Shown piece by piece: positions 53,610-64,000 of a stretch of DNA of 64,000 bases (position 1 is its first letter; the number at the start of each line of letters is the position of its first letter). This DNA comes from Octopus sinensis (Eukaryota). The translations under genes were made by a program, and so were the position numbers. The DNA is taken from assembly GCF_006345805.1 (NCBI RefSeq), contig NC_043016.1:3844001-3908000 (forward strand). Direction: 5' to 3'. The notes under the pieces are model-generated. The model was given only the letters and a program-made list of their open reading frames with translations, was not told where the DNA came from and ran no database searches.

Positions 53610-53804
53610 ACTTACTCACACTGAATATGAAATGAAAATATGTTACTATCCATGAATCTTATTAATCTCGGTTAAGAATTTGCAAGATTTTTTTGTTCGA
53701 AGTAAGTTTGATACCGTGAAACATCCAAGAATAATATACTTGTTGGCATCGAAAATAAAGCTATTTGAAATCGAGTATAAATGTAAATATTGATTTCAAA
53801 TTTG

Positions 53805-54003
53805 TTTGCACAAGGGTAGCAATTTCAGCGGGGGTAAGTCGATTAAATCGACCCCAGTGTTCAACTGGTACTTATTTTATCGACCCCAAAAGGATGAAAG
53901 GCAAATTCGACCTTGGTGGAATTCGAACTTAGAATGTAAAGACAGACGAAATGCTGCTAAGCATTTTGTCAGGCATGCTAACAGATCTGCCAGCTCTCTG
54001 CCT
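53805..54003 (-). mobile_element. SINE family A
   Basis: TCGACCCCAGTG..CTGGTAC..ATCGACCCCAAAAGGATGAAAGGCAAA body and head. Confidence 0.85.
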
Positions 54004-54377
54004 TATCGTTCATGTAAATATTAAAAGCATAAAGTAAAATGTAATTCAGTTCTAATTTAAATTTATGGTCCGAACAATTGTAACCCGAAGAAAATCTTGA
54101 AAATAAAACTTTTTTGGTGATTCAGCCGTTAAATAGAATAACTGAGACACGGAAGATTGAATACTCGAAATGAAATCGCTTGTTTGTTCGTTCACTCAGT
54201 AATACGGTGTGAATGCTAACAAATCAGATATGGAAGACTGAACCACACGAGCCGATGACGTGTGTATCGAAATAGATTACACAGAGAAAAAAGACATATT
54301 ACTTGAAGGAGGGTAAGAGATACTTAGATAGAAAAAGACAGGCAGACAGATAAAGATAGAAACATATAAGAGAGAGA

Positions 54378-54408
<31 letters not shown>

Positions 54409-55504
54409 TTAGATATAATGTGTAAGATCAGGTGATTGCATAAACCTCGATTTTCTGTTACTGACAGCAACCATTTCTGGCTATGTTACCAATAATTCCC
54501 TTCAAAGTATCGTTAATATAGGAACAGTATTTTAGAATAGACAAGATATAAAGGATTTTAAAGAGGAGCTGCTTGAATTAGAATGGTTTCTAAATCTGTA
54601 AGCATCACAGTTTTTTTAAACGAGGCTGTAGCAAATACCATGAGTTGTTATATTTGTAATACTCCACTCTTGAACATAGACCTACAAATTGTCAGTTTCC
54701 TTTGGTTTACAGCTTTCTAATAGCAAATAGACTATTAGAAAGTTATAGACAGGTGTTAACACTCGTACCTCTCATCAGTTTTAAGTAAGTCTGCCTACTT
54801 TGTCAATAGATATGTCTACATCATAACATTTCGGACCAGTCAAATTTCGTAACAGTGATCCATCTGTCCAAATACACTGGAATGAATTACCTTTCCAATT
54901 CTTCAGCTAGTGCACCAACATCGTAAACAGAAGTGCCTATATCATCGCTTTTCTAAACTATCATGGACTGAGGTTGAAGAGCGCCGCTCTTGAGAAAAGA
55001 TGATGCATAAAAAGTATTTTAGAGCAATATCCCACTCAGAATCCTCGGTAGTGGTTGCAGAATATGCAAGTCAACCTTGAATGGCAGAGTCTATTAACAT
55101 AATTCAAAGACATAGTAACAGGTCAGCTGTAACGGGAAGTACGGCGAGAGTATAATCGTCGCATTGATGTTTGCAGTCATCGTAATTGTTGTTGTTACAA
55201 CAGACATAGAAAGACATGGAAAGGTAGTCTAGCTATGAAATCGTCAGTTCAGATACACGTTTTACTGGCAACCCGGAAATAATAGTATAGGACAGAGATC
55301 AGCTCAACGCTCATGCTGGCAACAAAATGAGCTGTGATGGAGCTCACTCAGGACTACTGTGAACACACTAAACCGAGTTTATGCAATCACGAATAAGTGT
55401 GTATGATAGTAAATAACACGTCTCTATAATGTGGAAGAAAGCGTACTTAAGAAAGTACCATTGGTTACGAATGTAAAAACGTATATGTGCGTCATAATGG
55501 GGAG

Positions 55505-55748
55505 TATGAGAGAGAGTGAAAGAGAGAGAAAGAGAGAGGCAGAGAGAGAGAGAGAGGAAGGAAAAGAGAAGGAAGCGGAGTGAGAGGAAGAGTTAAAGGT
55601 TTAGAGAGAGAGAGAGAGAAAGAAACAAACAAAAAGAGAGAAGCAGAGAAATTGGAAGAGAGAAAGAGAGAGAGTGAGGCAGAGGAAAAAGAAAGAGACA
55701 AAGAAAGAGAAAAAGAGGCAGAGAGAGAGAGAAAGAGAAAGAGAAGGA
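55505..55748. repeat. GA-rich low-complexity tract
   Basis: Seen directly. Confidence 0.9.
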
Positions 55749-56618
55749 ACTGTTCCATAGGGAGAGTAAAGAAAATGAAATGTAATATACAAGCAAGAAA
55801 AAGCAATAGCACAGAGAAATATATTGAGAAAACGCGAAATAGTATCGGAATGGTTGGCAAATATATTCTGCATATTACTCTTTACAAAATAAAGAAAAGT
55901 TTGCATCTTGGCAACAGACCTGTTCATTCAGATGTTTAAAATTTAGTAAGGATGGCGAAATTAGATGTCTTCTTTTTACCTTCAAATACATCCTCCTTAG
56001 ATCAGGGAATAATATTAATAGTTTGTTTGAGGAAGAAGAAATAAAGAAGAAAATATAAAGTTTGCAATATTAAGTTTATATCTTTCGAGTTAGTGTGTAA
56101 TTCCTGACAAAATAGTCTACCGATTCTCTCCGACATTCCTTTAAGTTCTGGAAGATTAAACGAAATAAATAAATATATAAATAAATAGATAAGTAAAGAA
56201 AGAAACGAAGAAAGAAGCAAACAAACAAAGGAAAGCACTTTCTGGAGGAATATAAAGAATATTTTGAAAGGAAGAAGGAAAAATGAGTGAGAGACAAATG
56301 GGGAAAAGTTGAGTAAAGTGGTCCTTCTATTTGTTCCTCACAATCCAAGTCTTACAACATAAATCTACAACAGACCTATATGTAATAGAGTTGTCTTTTG
56401 AACAGCTGTTTATTCATTTCCTGGTTACATTAAACTCATTACACTCTTACTACACAAAAGTACGTACAGACACAAAAGTACGTACAGACACAATTTAAAA
56501 TCGACGCAAATGATTACGTACAGGCGTAAACACTATACTACACTACAAACACAGGCACACGATCACACACACACACGCACACACACACGCACACACACAC
56601 ACTCACACACGCACACAC

Positions 56619-56669
<51 letters not shown>

Positions 56670-56944
56670 TACGCGCGCACATACGCATGCACACATTAAG
56701 GTTATTTAAATTAAATCTTCGTATGATATTTTCATGTTTTATAAATGAATTCTCTGCAGGATACCCTGGCACTGTTTATATCAGATCTTTGTGCGATTAA
56801 TATCTGCACAATTTTTCACTGAAATATATAAAATTTTAATATTAATATAGGTGAAATATCAATGTGATATCCTGATCTTCGTATATATTTGCTATATTAT
56901 GAATAACTGGTATGATCAGCAATAGTTTTCTATAATCAGTATTT

Positions 56945-57065
56945 TGCGATTCAGCAAAAGAGACCGATAGAATTAGTACTGGTGTCGATTCATTCGACTA
57001 AGACTCATCATGGCAGTGCCCCAGCATGGCCGTAGTCTAATGACTGAAATAAATAAGATAAAAGA
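56945..57065 (+). mobile_element. SINE family B 3' fragment
   Basis: GCAAAAGAGACCGATAGAAT...CCAGCATGGCCGTAGTCTAATGACTGAAA. Confidence 0.75.
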
Positions 57066-57676
57066 TATGTACTTACACGCGTGCTCGCATACATATATTT
57101 ATGCACACCCACAAACACATGTACCCGTCCATAAATTATCCACAAATATCAATTACCAAATACAGCACTTATAAACCAATTAATTTGTACTATCAAAGAC
57201 ACAAGCTAAGTATAACTTAATGAATGCTTTCTATTATGTATTCCATGATAGAGGTGAACAAGTCTGAACTATGATTCTGTTCTGTTAATCTGCTAGTCAT
57301 AAAAATATTGCTAAGGTCAATTTCCTGATTTGTATTTGTGTATACATACATACACAAACACATACATACATACACAAACACATACATACATACATACATA
57401 CACACATACATAGACACATACACACATACACACATACATAGACACATACATACACATACATACATAAATACATACATACATACATACATACAAACATACA
57501 TACATACATGCATACTTATATACACACATGCATATATACATGCATACATGTGTGTATGTGTGTGTTTATAAATATATACGCTTATATATAAACATATCTT
57601 AGAAGTGTGCGTATGTTTTTAATCAATCAATCTATCTGTCTGTCTATCTATCAATCTATCTATCTATCTATTTTTT

Positions 57677-57720
<44 letters not shown>

Positions 57721-58283
57721 CATGTATCTATAAATACATATGTATGTATATATACTGACGAAGGCTTTTTGTTATTCTTTTGAAGCTCTACATTACTTGT
57801 ACTTGACCTTCAACCAGAAAATAACTTCAAACGTCACTATTACCATCTAACCTTTTACGCTTCTCGAATCTTTTATGAAGTCTTTTTGCTTCCAACAATG
57901 ACGAACTGCCAATGCTACTTTCGGTTTACATATAATCCCACCCCATACTCACCATCGAATCACCCTTTCATTTTGAAACAAAATTCACCTTTTACAATTC
58001 ATATTTATGTCTGCTTGTCTCCTAAGCAGTCTGTTCAGAGCCCCATTTCAATTATCGGTCTGTCAATCTGTCTGTCTGTCTGCCTGTCTCTGTCTCTGTC
58101 TGTCTCTGTATATATATATATCCAACTTCTTGCTTTCTTTTTCTCCCTTTCTCCCTCTGTCCTTTTTCTTTTTTCTTTCTCTCTCTCGCTCACGCTGTCT
58201 TCTTTTTTCCCTCTCTCTGTTTGTCTGTCGGTCTGTCTGCCATTGCGTATCTATTTACTAAATTACCAGCCTGTGCAATTTAA

Positions 58284-58380
<97 letters not shown>

Positions 58381-58471
58381 TTATCTATCTATCTAGGTAG
58401 CTAGCTAGCTATCTGTCTGTCTGTCTGTCTGTCTCTCCTCTCTCTCTCTCTCTCCCCTCTCTCTCTCTCTT

Positions 58472-58500
<29 letters not shown>

Positions 58501-58502
<2 letters not shown>

Positions 58503-58696
58503 AGAGGGAAACCACTATGTGGACACCCATATGCTAGAAATAGATCCGCTATGGTCTTACCACTAAGAAGTGTTCTCAAGAAAATTTTAGCATTTTGGTC
58601 GTTTTGCTAAATTTTTCTTGAGAACATTTCTTGGTGGTGAAAACATAGCGTATCTATTTCTAACGTATGGGTGTACACATAGTGGTTTCTCTCTAA
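58501..58696. repeat. Fold-back element between (TA)n tracts
   Basis: TTAGAGGGAAACCACTATGTG...TTCTCAAGAAAATTTTAGCA / TGCTAAATTTTTCTTGAGAA...CACATAGTGGTTTCTCTCTAA. Confidence 0.9.
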
Positions 58697-58808
58697 TTAT
58701 ATATATATACAATTTTACTGAACCTTCATTTTTTTATGCTCGACCACTGGTGTAAAATCGATGTGAATTAAATTAATATCTAATTTCACCCTTATTTAAA
58801 TTAAAAAT

Positions 58809-58862
<54 letters not shown>

Positions 58863-58875
58863 CATATACATATAT

Positions 58876-59276
58876 TAGGAAAAATAAGGAAATGCAGATA
58901 AAATTGATAATTGATAAAACCTCATTTATTATTTATTGATTCTAAAAAGACAATATCTCATCTTACATGTTAACCCTTTGGAAACCTTTCGACCGACTTA
59001 ACATCAATTGGTATAAAACCTTATTTCCTCTATTTTGTCTCACTTTCTCTTCTTTTTCTTTATTTTTACTCTCTGATGAAGTTCTACTATTTAAGTTGGT
59101 GTAATTATTTACAATGGTAATAATAATTATTATTTTTAATAATTAAACCTGATTATGCCTAAAATAGCGTGAACAGAAACAGCTGTAAAATGAGATATTG
59201 TCTTTTTATCATTAATAAATAATAAATGACGTTTTATCAATTATCAATTTTATCTCCATTTTCTTGTTTTTCCTTA
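58876..59276. repeat. Inverted repeat (arms 58876-58967 and 59184-59276) enclosing a hammerhead
   Basis: GATAAAATTGATAATTGATAAAAC / GTTTTATCAATTATCAATTTTATC; AAAAAGACAATATCTCAT / ATGAGATATTGTCTTTTT. Confidence 0.88.
59066..59195 (+). ncRNA. Type I hammerhead ribozyme with long stem II (stem I weakened)
   Basis: CTGATGA(59073)-A GTTC TA CTATTT...AAATAG CGT GAAC A-GAAAC AGCT GTA(59187). The inverted copy preserves GTAAGATGAG, which would restore stem I. Confidence 0.7.
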
Positions 59277-59446
59277 AATATAAACTTTAGTTTATTCCGT
59301 TCTTTGCCTATCATTTATCACCATTAATACTAATACTCATATCACATATAGGTAAGACACCAGTAATTCATTGGACAGCTTTTATAACTTCTAATTGAAC
59401 TCGCCTATATATATATATATATATATCTACATACAAACATACAAAC

Positions 59447-59518
<72 letters not shown>

Positions 59519-59604
59519 AATCCAAACGGGAAACAAAAAAACAACAACATGGAACAATTACAGTATATTATTAATAGGCGCTCAGGAAATGGAAGCAAGC
59601 AGGG

Positions 59605-59642
59605 AGGTATGACGTTTCGAGCAGCGCTCTTCGTCGGGAAAC
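59605..59642 (-). ncRNA. Degenerate hammerhead-like motif
   Basis: Minus: CCGACGA-A GAGC GCT GCTC-GAAACGTC. Core has U>C and stem I is poor. Confidence 0.45.
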
Positions 59643-59770
59643 ATAAAGAAGGAGAGAGAGGAAGGAAAGAAAGATCCCAGAGCGGGCAAAAGGGAAAGAG
59701 AAAAAAGACGACTGGTGTTTACGAGTTGCACATGGTGAAAGGCGGATGTTTACGATAACAAGAGCAAAGT

Positions 59771-59837
<67 letters not shown>

Positions 59838-59855
59838 AATTTATTATATAGAAGG

Positions 59856-59906
59856 AGCTTCTACAGGACTAGAACTGTTTCATTCAAGAGAAATCATCAG
59901 GAAGCT
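59856..59906 (-). ncRNA. Type I hammerhead ribozyme (left arm of palindrome)
   Basis: Minus: AGCTTC-CTGATGA-T TTC TCTT GAA T-GAAA CAG TTCTAGTC CTG TA-GAAGCT; perfect 6-bp stem I, GUA triplet. Confidence 0.88.
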
Positions 59907-59953
59907 TCCTGATGATTTCTCTTGAATGAAACAGTTCTAGTCCTGTAGAAGGT
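59903..59953 (+). ncRNA. Type I hammerhead ribozyme (right arm of palindrome)
   Basis: AGCTTC-CTGATGA(59909)-TTTCTCTTGAAT-GAAA CAG TTCTAGTC CTG TA(59947)-GAAGGT; one mismatch in stem I. Confidence 0.85.
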
Positions 59954-60226
59954 CCTCTATATAATAAATTATTTTACTCTGCTATGTATTGAGTACCTTA
60001 TTTACTGTGGTTAACCCCGAATCAACCCGGGACCTACATATATATATATATATATATATATACAAAATGAGAAAATGGAGAAACATACTTAAATCAATCA
60101 ATCATCAACCATCAGATAATACCCAATCAATACTTTATTACACCATGACATAACAGCAATAACATTATACATAATATATTGCAAATATATACAACCCCTA
60201 TCACTTTTATATATATATATAATATA

Positions 60227-60258
<32 letters not shown>

Positions 60259-60260
60259 AT

Positions 60261-60347
<87 letters not shown>

Positions 60348-62657
60348 TGAATTTACAGACTTCGAAAGAGCATGAAATAATTCTGTTTTGTAACGGTGAA
60401 ACTCGAAGCTGATATCGCTAAATATTGACTACGTATAATTGTTTAAATGCTATTATACATATTTACATACATGTATGCATGTAAGTATAATTATATATAT
60501 ATATATATATATGCATTCCTGCTTACTTACCAACATAATATAGATACACACACACACACACATGTACATATGATTGTAATTATGAAGATTATGAAGATTA
60601 ATCCATAAGTTACCACAAATCTCGATACTGTTTCCTGAAGCAGATTATATTTCCTCACGTAAAATTTGTACGGCCGACGGATCAAATAGTTACATATACT
60701 CGTGTACACGTACATACATGCACGCTCGCGCACCGCCCCCCACACGAAGACAATGTATCTTAATTATAGTGTACTTTTAACACACTAATATTCTTGGAAT
60801 TTAATCAACTCAACTCAACTCAAAGATCATGCAATATGTATTTTTTAGCCTAAATGGATTGATGTTGTTTAGCTTGAGCTCAACTCTGTTTGAGCAGTCT
60901 AACAGTAACATCCTGGGTTCCTTTTACTTTCTGCCTTTCTGTCTTTCTTTCTTTCTTTCTTCTGGAATCGATGCTATATCCAAGATTTTAACGTTTCTGT
61001 AATTGCCCCCCCACCAAAAAAAAAAAATCACTGAAAAATTTTGAAAATGTCTGTTACGCTGTACTGAAGCTAGTTACAAGGACTAAAATTTTGTGAAGTG
61101 GGCAGTTGTGAGATAGCTTGGGCCATGGCGACATGGCCTCATAGATGATAAAACAACCAAACACCTAACATATCGTGGCTATTCTCCGTTCAGTTTGTAA
61201 CTTCATCGTCCAGCCTGAAAGCGTATTCAAACTGTGTAGAATGAACAACCATAAGTTCAATACAAACTGACAGTTACATTTAACTGATCTCAATGGCTTG
61301 GTTAATACTTTATTTTAATACTCTCCATTTGTTGACTATTACTTATATAATAAATGTAAATATGCTATTAGTACCTGTTTAATCAATGTATTATTTAATT
61401 CAATGATGTCCCAACTTTTCGCTATGATGGATTTTTGGTAGAACATATGATTTTCACAATAGTCATCTGACGAGTGGTGTTCTAAGCTCCTAATTTTCAA
61501 TTAATTCCATGTCATACTTGTTAGGTAAAGATCATCATCTGCCGATTTCTACTTGGCGATCCTTCGACAGCTTGTATTCCTTCTTTCCTCTGCGTATCTA
61601 TCTAAAATTTACTTTGCTAGACATCCCAAGTATTATTTTTAATGACCACAAAAGCATAACAGGTTATGCTGAGATTTGAAATAAGATCATAAAGAAATAT
61701 AATTAGCAGAAGACATTTAGTTCACAAGTTTACATTTCTATTATTAATAAGTTAGCATTAACGCTTACATTACAAATATTAGTTGAGTTTTTTTCCCTAT
61801 TTTTCTTTTCAAATAGATACGAAGATTTTCGGGAGTAAGAAGTAAGTGTAATACAACATCCTTACTTTCCTCGATGAGATTATTGGCTTTAGTAGTGTGT
61901 GATTTATCTGCAGTGAGAAATGAACACCACAGACCGACATTCTTGGCCATATAAAATATCTTTGCTTTTCTTAGTGATGTAAAGAGCGTTTATATTGGGT
62001 CATTTATATTCAGCTGAAAATAAAAAATGCACAACGATGTATTAGGAGAATATAGGATGGCGCTCTTCAGTTTTTATGTTACGGCCAAATTGATAGTATA
62101 TAACTGAAACGTATAAAAGAATAAAAGAATAATCCAATTAAAATATTTTATAGCAACACACCCGAGTCCTCCCTTGCATCAGTGATAAAGATTATGAATT
62201 TAAAATATTTATATTCCAATTAAAATTCACTAGCATAACTTTATGTAAAAATTACCGTTCTATTACTAATAAATTTACTAAACTCCATTTTGCTGATTTT
62301 AAAAGTTAATTAAAATACATAAATTGTATTTCATAAGAATTATAGTCACAAATGGGTTATTTGCTTAACATATGTTTATGTACAAGTAGTTTACTGTTAG
62401 TGAAGATTTTCTGACTTTAGTTTATCATTTAGCAGCAGTGAAGAGATAAGCAAAATCTTTAGACTGTCCTCAGGGAATGTATATTTTATTTGAAAGACAG
62501 TAGGTTTATATTTTGACAACCAATGAAAAGGATGTGCCTGGTGCTAATGTGACAGAATTTTGGCTACTACTAAAATTACTGAGTTCCTATTTTCTTAATA
62601 TGTCAGAAAAAGAATATGTAAACAACAACATTAAAAAAGAAAAAAGAACATGTTTGA

Positions 62658-62738
62658 CACTCTAGCGAAACTGTGAGGTATTAATCAGGTGCTGAGCTAT
62701 GAGTTCATAGCATCTTATAGTGGAAACAGCTATAAGCT
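62658..62738 (+). ncRNA. Decayed hammerhead with extended stem II
   Basis: CTAGCGA (for CTGACGA)-A ACTGTGAGG...GCTATG/CATAGC...TCTTATAGT G-GAAAC AGCT ATA-AG. Confidence 0.45.
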
Positions 62739-62772
62739 AACCAAATTCATAAGATAATCGATTATTCCTTTT

Positions 62773-62865
62773 CCATCCATCCATCCATCCATCCATCCAT
62801 CCATCCATGCATCCATCCATCCATCCATCCATCCATCCATCCATCTATCTATCTATCTATCTATC

Positions 62866-62922
<57 letters not shown>

Positions 62923-62925
62923 ATT

Positions 62926-62967
<42 letters not shown>

Positions 62968-62968
62968 A

Positions 62969-63034
<66 letters not shown>

Positions 63035-63050
63035 TTATCTATCTATCTAT
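62773..63050. repeat. (ATCC)n/(ATCT)n/(GTCT)n microsatellite
   Basis: Seen directly. Confidence 0.95.
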
Positions 63051-63758
63051 TTGCTGTCAACACCCGTTAAAAGGAGGACTGGGCATGCCGTGGTTGATGA
63101 TGCGCAGACACGCGCTGAGACAGCGACATCTCTGGCTCTATGTAGACGACGGTGAACATGTGTGGTCGCCGTTTGTGAGGCGCGCTTTCCCGCAACTCGT
63201 CTCCATGACCGAACTGCAGTCGTGGATCAAAAAGAGGCCGAGGAAGGGCGAATGGCACCGCGAGTGTCGCGTTGCTCTCAAGCAACTCTGCCGTCCCGGG
63301 TCGACCTTGTGTGATTCCAACACAGCCAAAGCATTCTATAGGTGATTAGTGGAGGGGAGGTACGACGACAATCTTGGGGCGAACCTGGGCGTCGACGAGG
63401 AACACCTGACCCGCCTGTTTGAGACAACTTTCGGGCCAGGGCCCATGGACAACTTCCAGAGATCCCTGGCCTGGCAGTGCTACCGAGAAGCGCTACCCAT
63501 TCGGGATAAGCTCTACAGACACCGCTCGAGAAACACGGGGCCGGCCTGCCCGAGATGCGGTCAGAGCGACGAAACCGTTCTGCACGCACTCGCACAGTGT
63601 CCAACAATTTCCGACCTGTGGGCTTATGTCGAACAACTGCTGTCACGTGTGGGACGAGTCGGTTTATCAGCTGAGTCTATCTTCAATATTGTCACGCCTC
63701 CTTCCTTCAAACGGGAAGGAAGAGCTATTTTCATCATCCCTGTGGCTATGGCACAGGG
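63051..63758 (+). pseudogene. Tx1/L1-clade LINE ORF2 C-terminal fragment (zf-RVT region)
   Basis: [11 protein letters not shown]...; LAWQCYREALPIRDKL...CPRCGQSDETVLHALAQC. ORFs 63085..63345 and 63349.. are in frame, split by one TGA; markedly GC-richer than the flanks. Confidence 0.85.
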
Positions 63759-63801
63759 TATTATGTATGTATGTGTGTATGTATGTGTGTACGTATGTAT
63801 G

Positions 63802-63835
<34 letters not shown>

Positions 63836-64000
63836 TGTATGTGATGTATGTATCTCTCTCTCCCCCTCTCTTTATACAAGCCCCCATATATATATATATA
63901 TATATATATACGCACATATACACATGCAGGTAAGTATAAATCCCTATATATGTCCATCACATGTCTGTGTCTAAGCTCGTGTCTAGTAACTTAGAAGCCC

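Noticed and set aside
54450-55300. Faint PLE/LINE-like motifs on the minus strand (similar traces at 44.6-45.0 and 61.2-61.95 kb)
   Set aside because: Too decayed to assign without a translated homology search.
56452-56492. 18-bp tandem duplication ACACAAAAGTACGTACAG
   Set aside because: Ordinary slippage duplication.
57753-57770. CTGACGAAGGC beside (TA)n
   Set aside because: No matching stem II or GAAA downstream.

Overview
AT-rich animal genomic DNA with no recognisable host protein-coding exon and one 100-N scaffold gap (22241-22340). The SINE and microsatellite content looks like an octopus-type cephalopod (inference). The window is a mosaic of (AAT)n, (TA)n, (ATCT)n, (CA)n and (GA)n microsatellites, tRNA-derived SINEs and decayed retrotransposons: R4/Dong-like RLE LINEs in AAT arrays, an RTE LINE with a 14-bp TSD, Tx1/L1-like LINEs and Penelope-like elements (PLE; RT and GIY-YIG remnants). 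Most ORFs in the track are microsatellite artefacts. The main signal is non-coding: at least seven type I hammerhead ribozyme (HHR) motifs or remnants found by eye, at ~1.2, 2.15, 28.8, 59.1, 59.6, 59.9 (a palindromic back-to-back pair) and 62.7 kb. They occur in tandem or inverted repeat modules, mostly beside (TA)n tracts. Three carry unusually long stem II inserts, and one is linked to a tRNA-like head. HHRs in PLE terminal repeats are established; the particular architectures here merit checking. All structures were paired by hand; no folding or database search was run.
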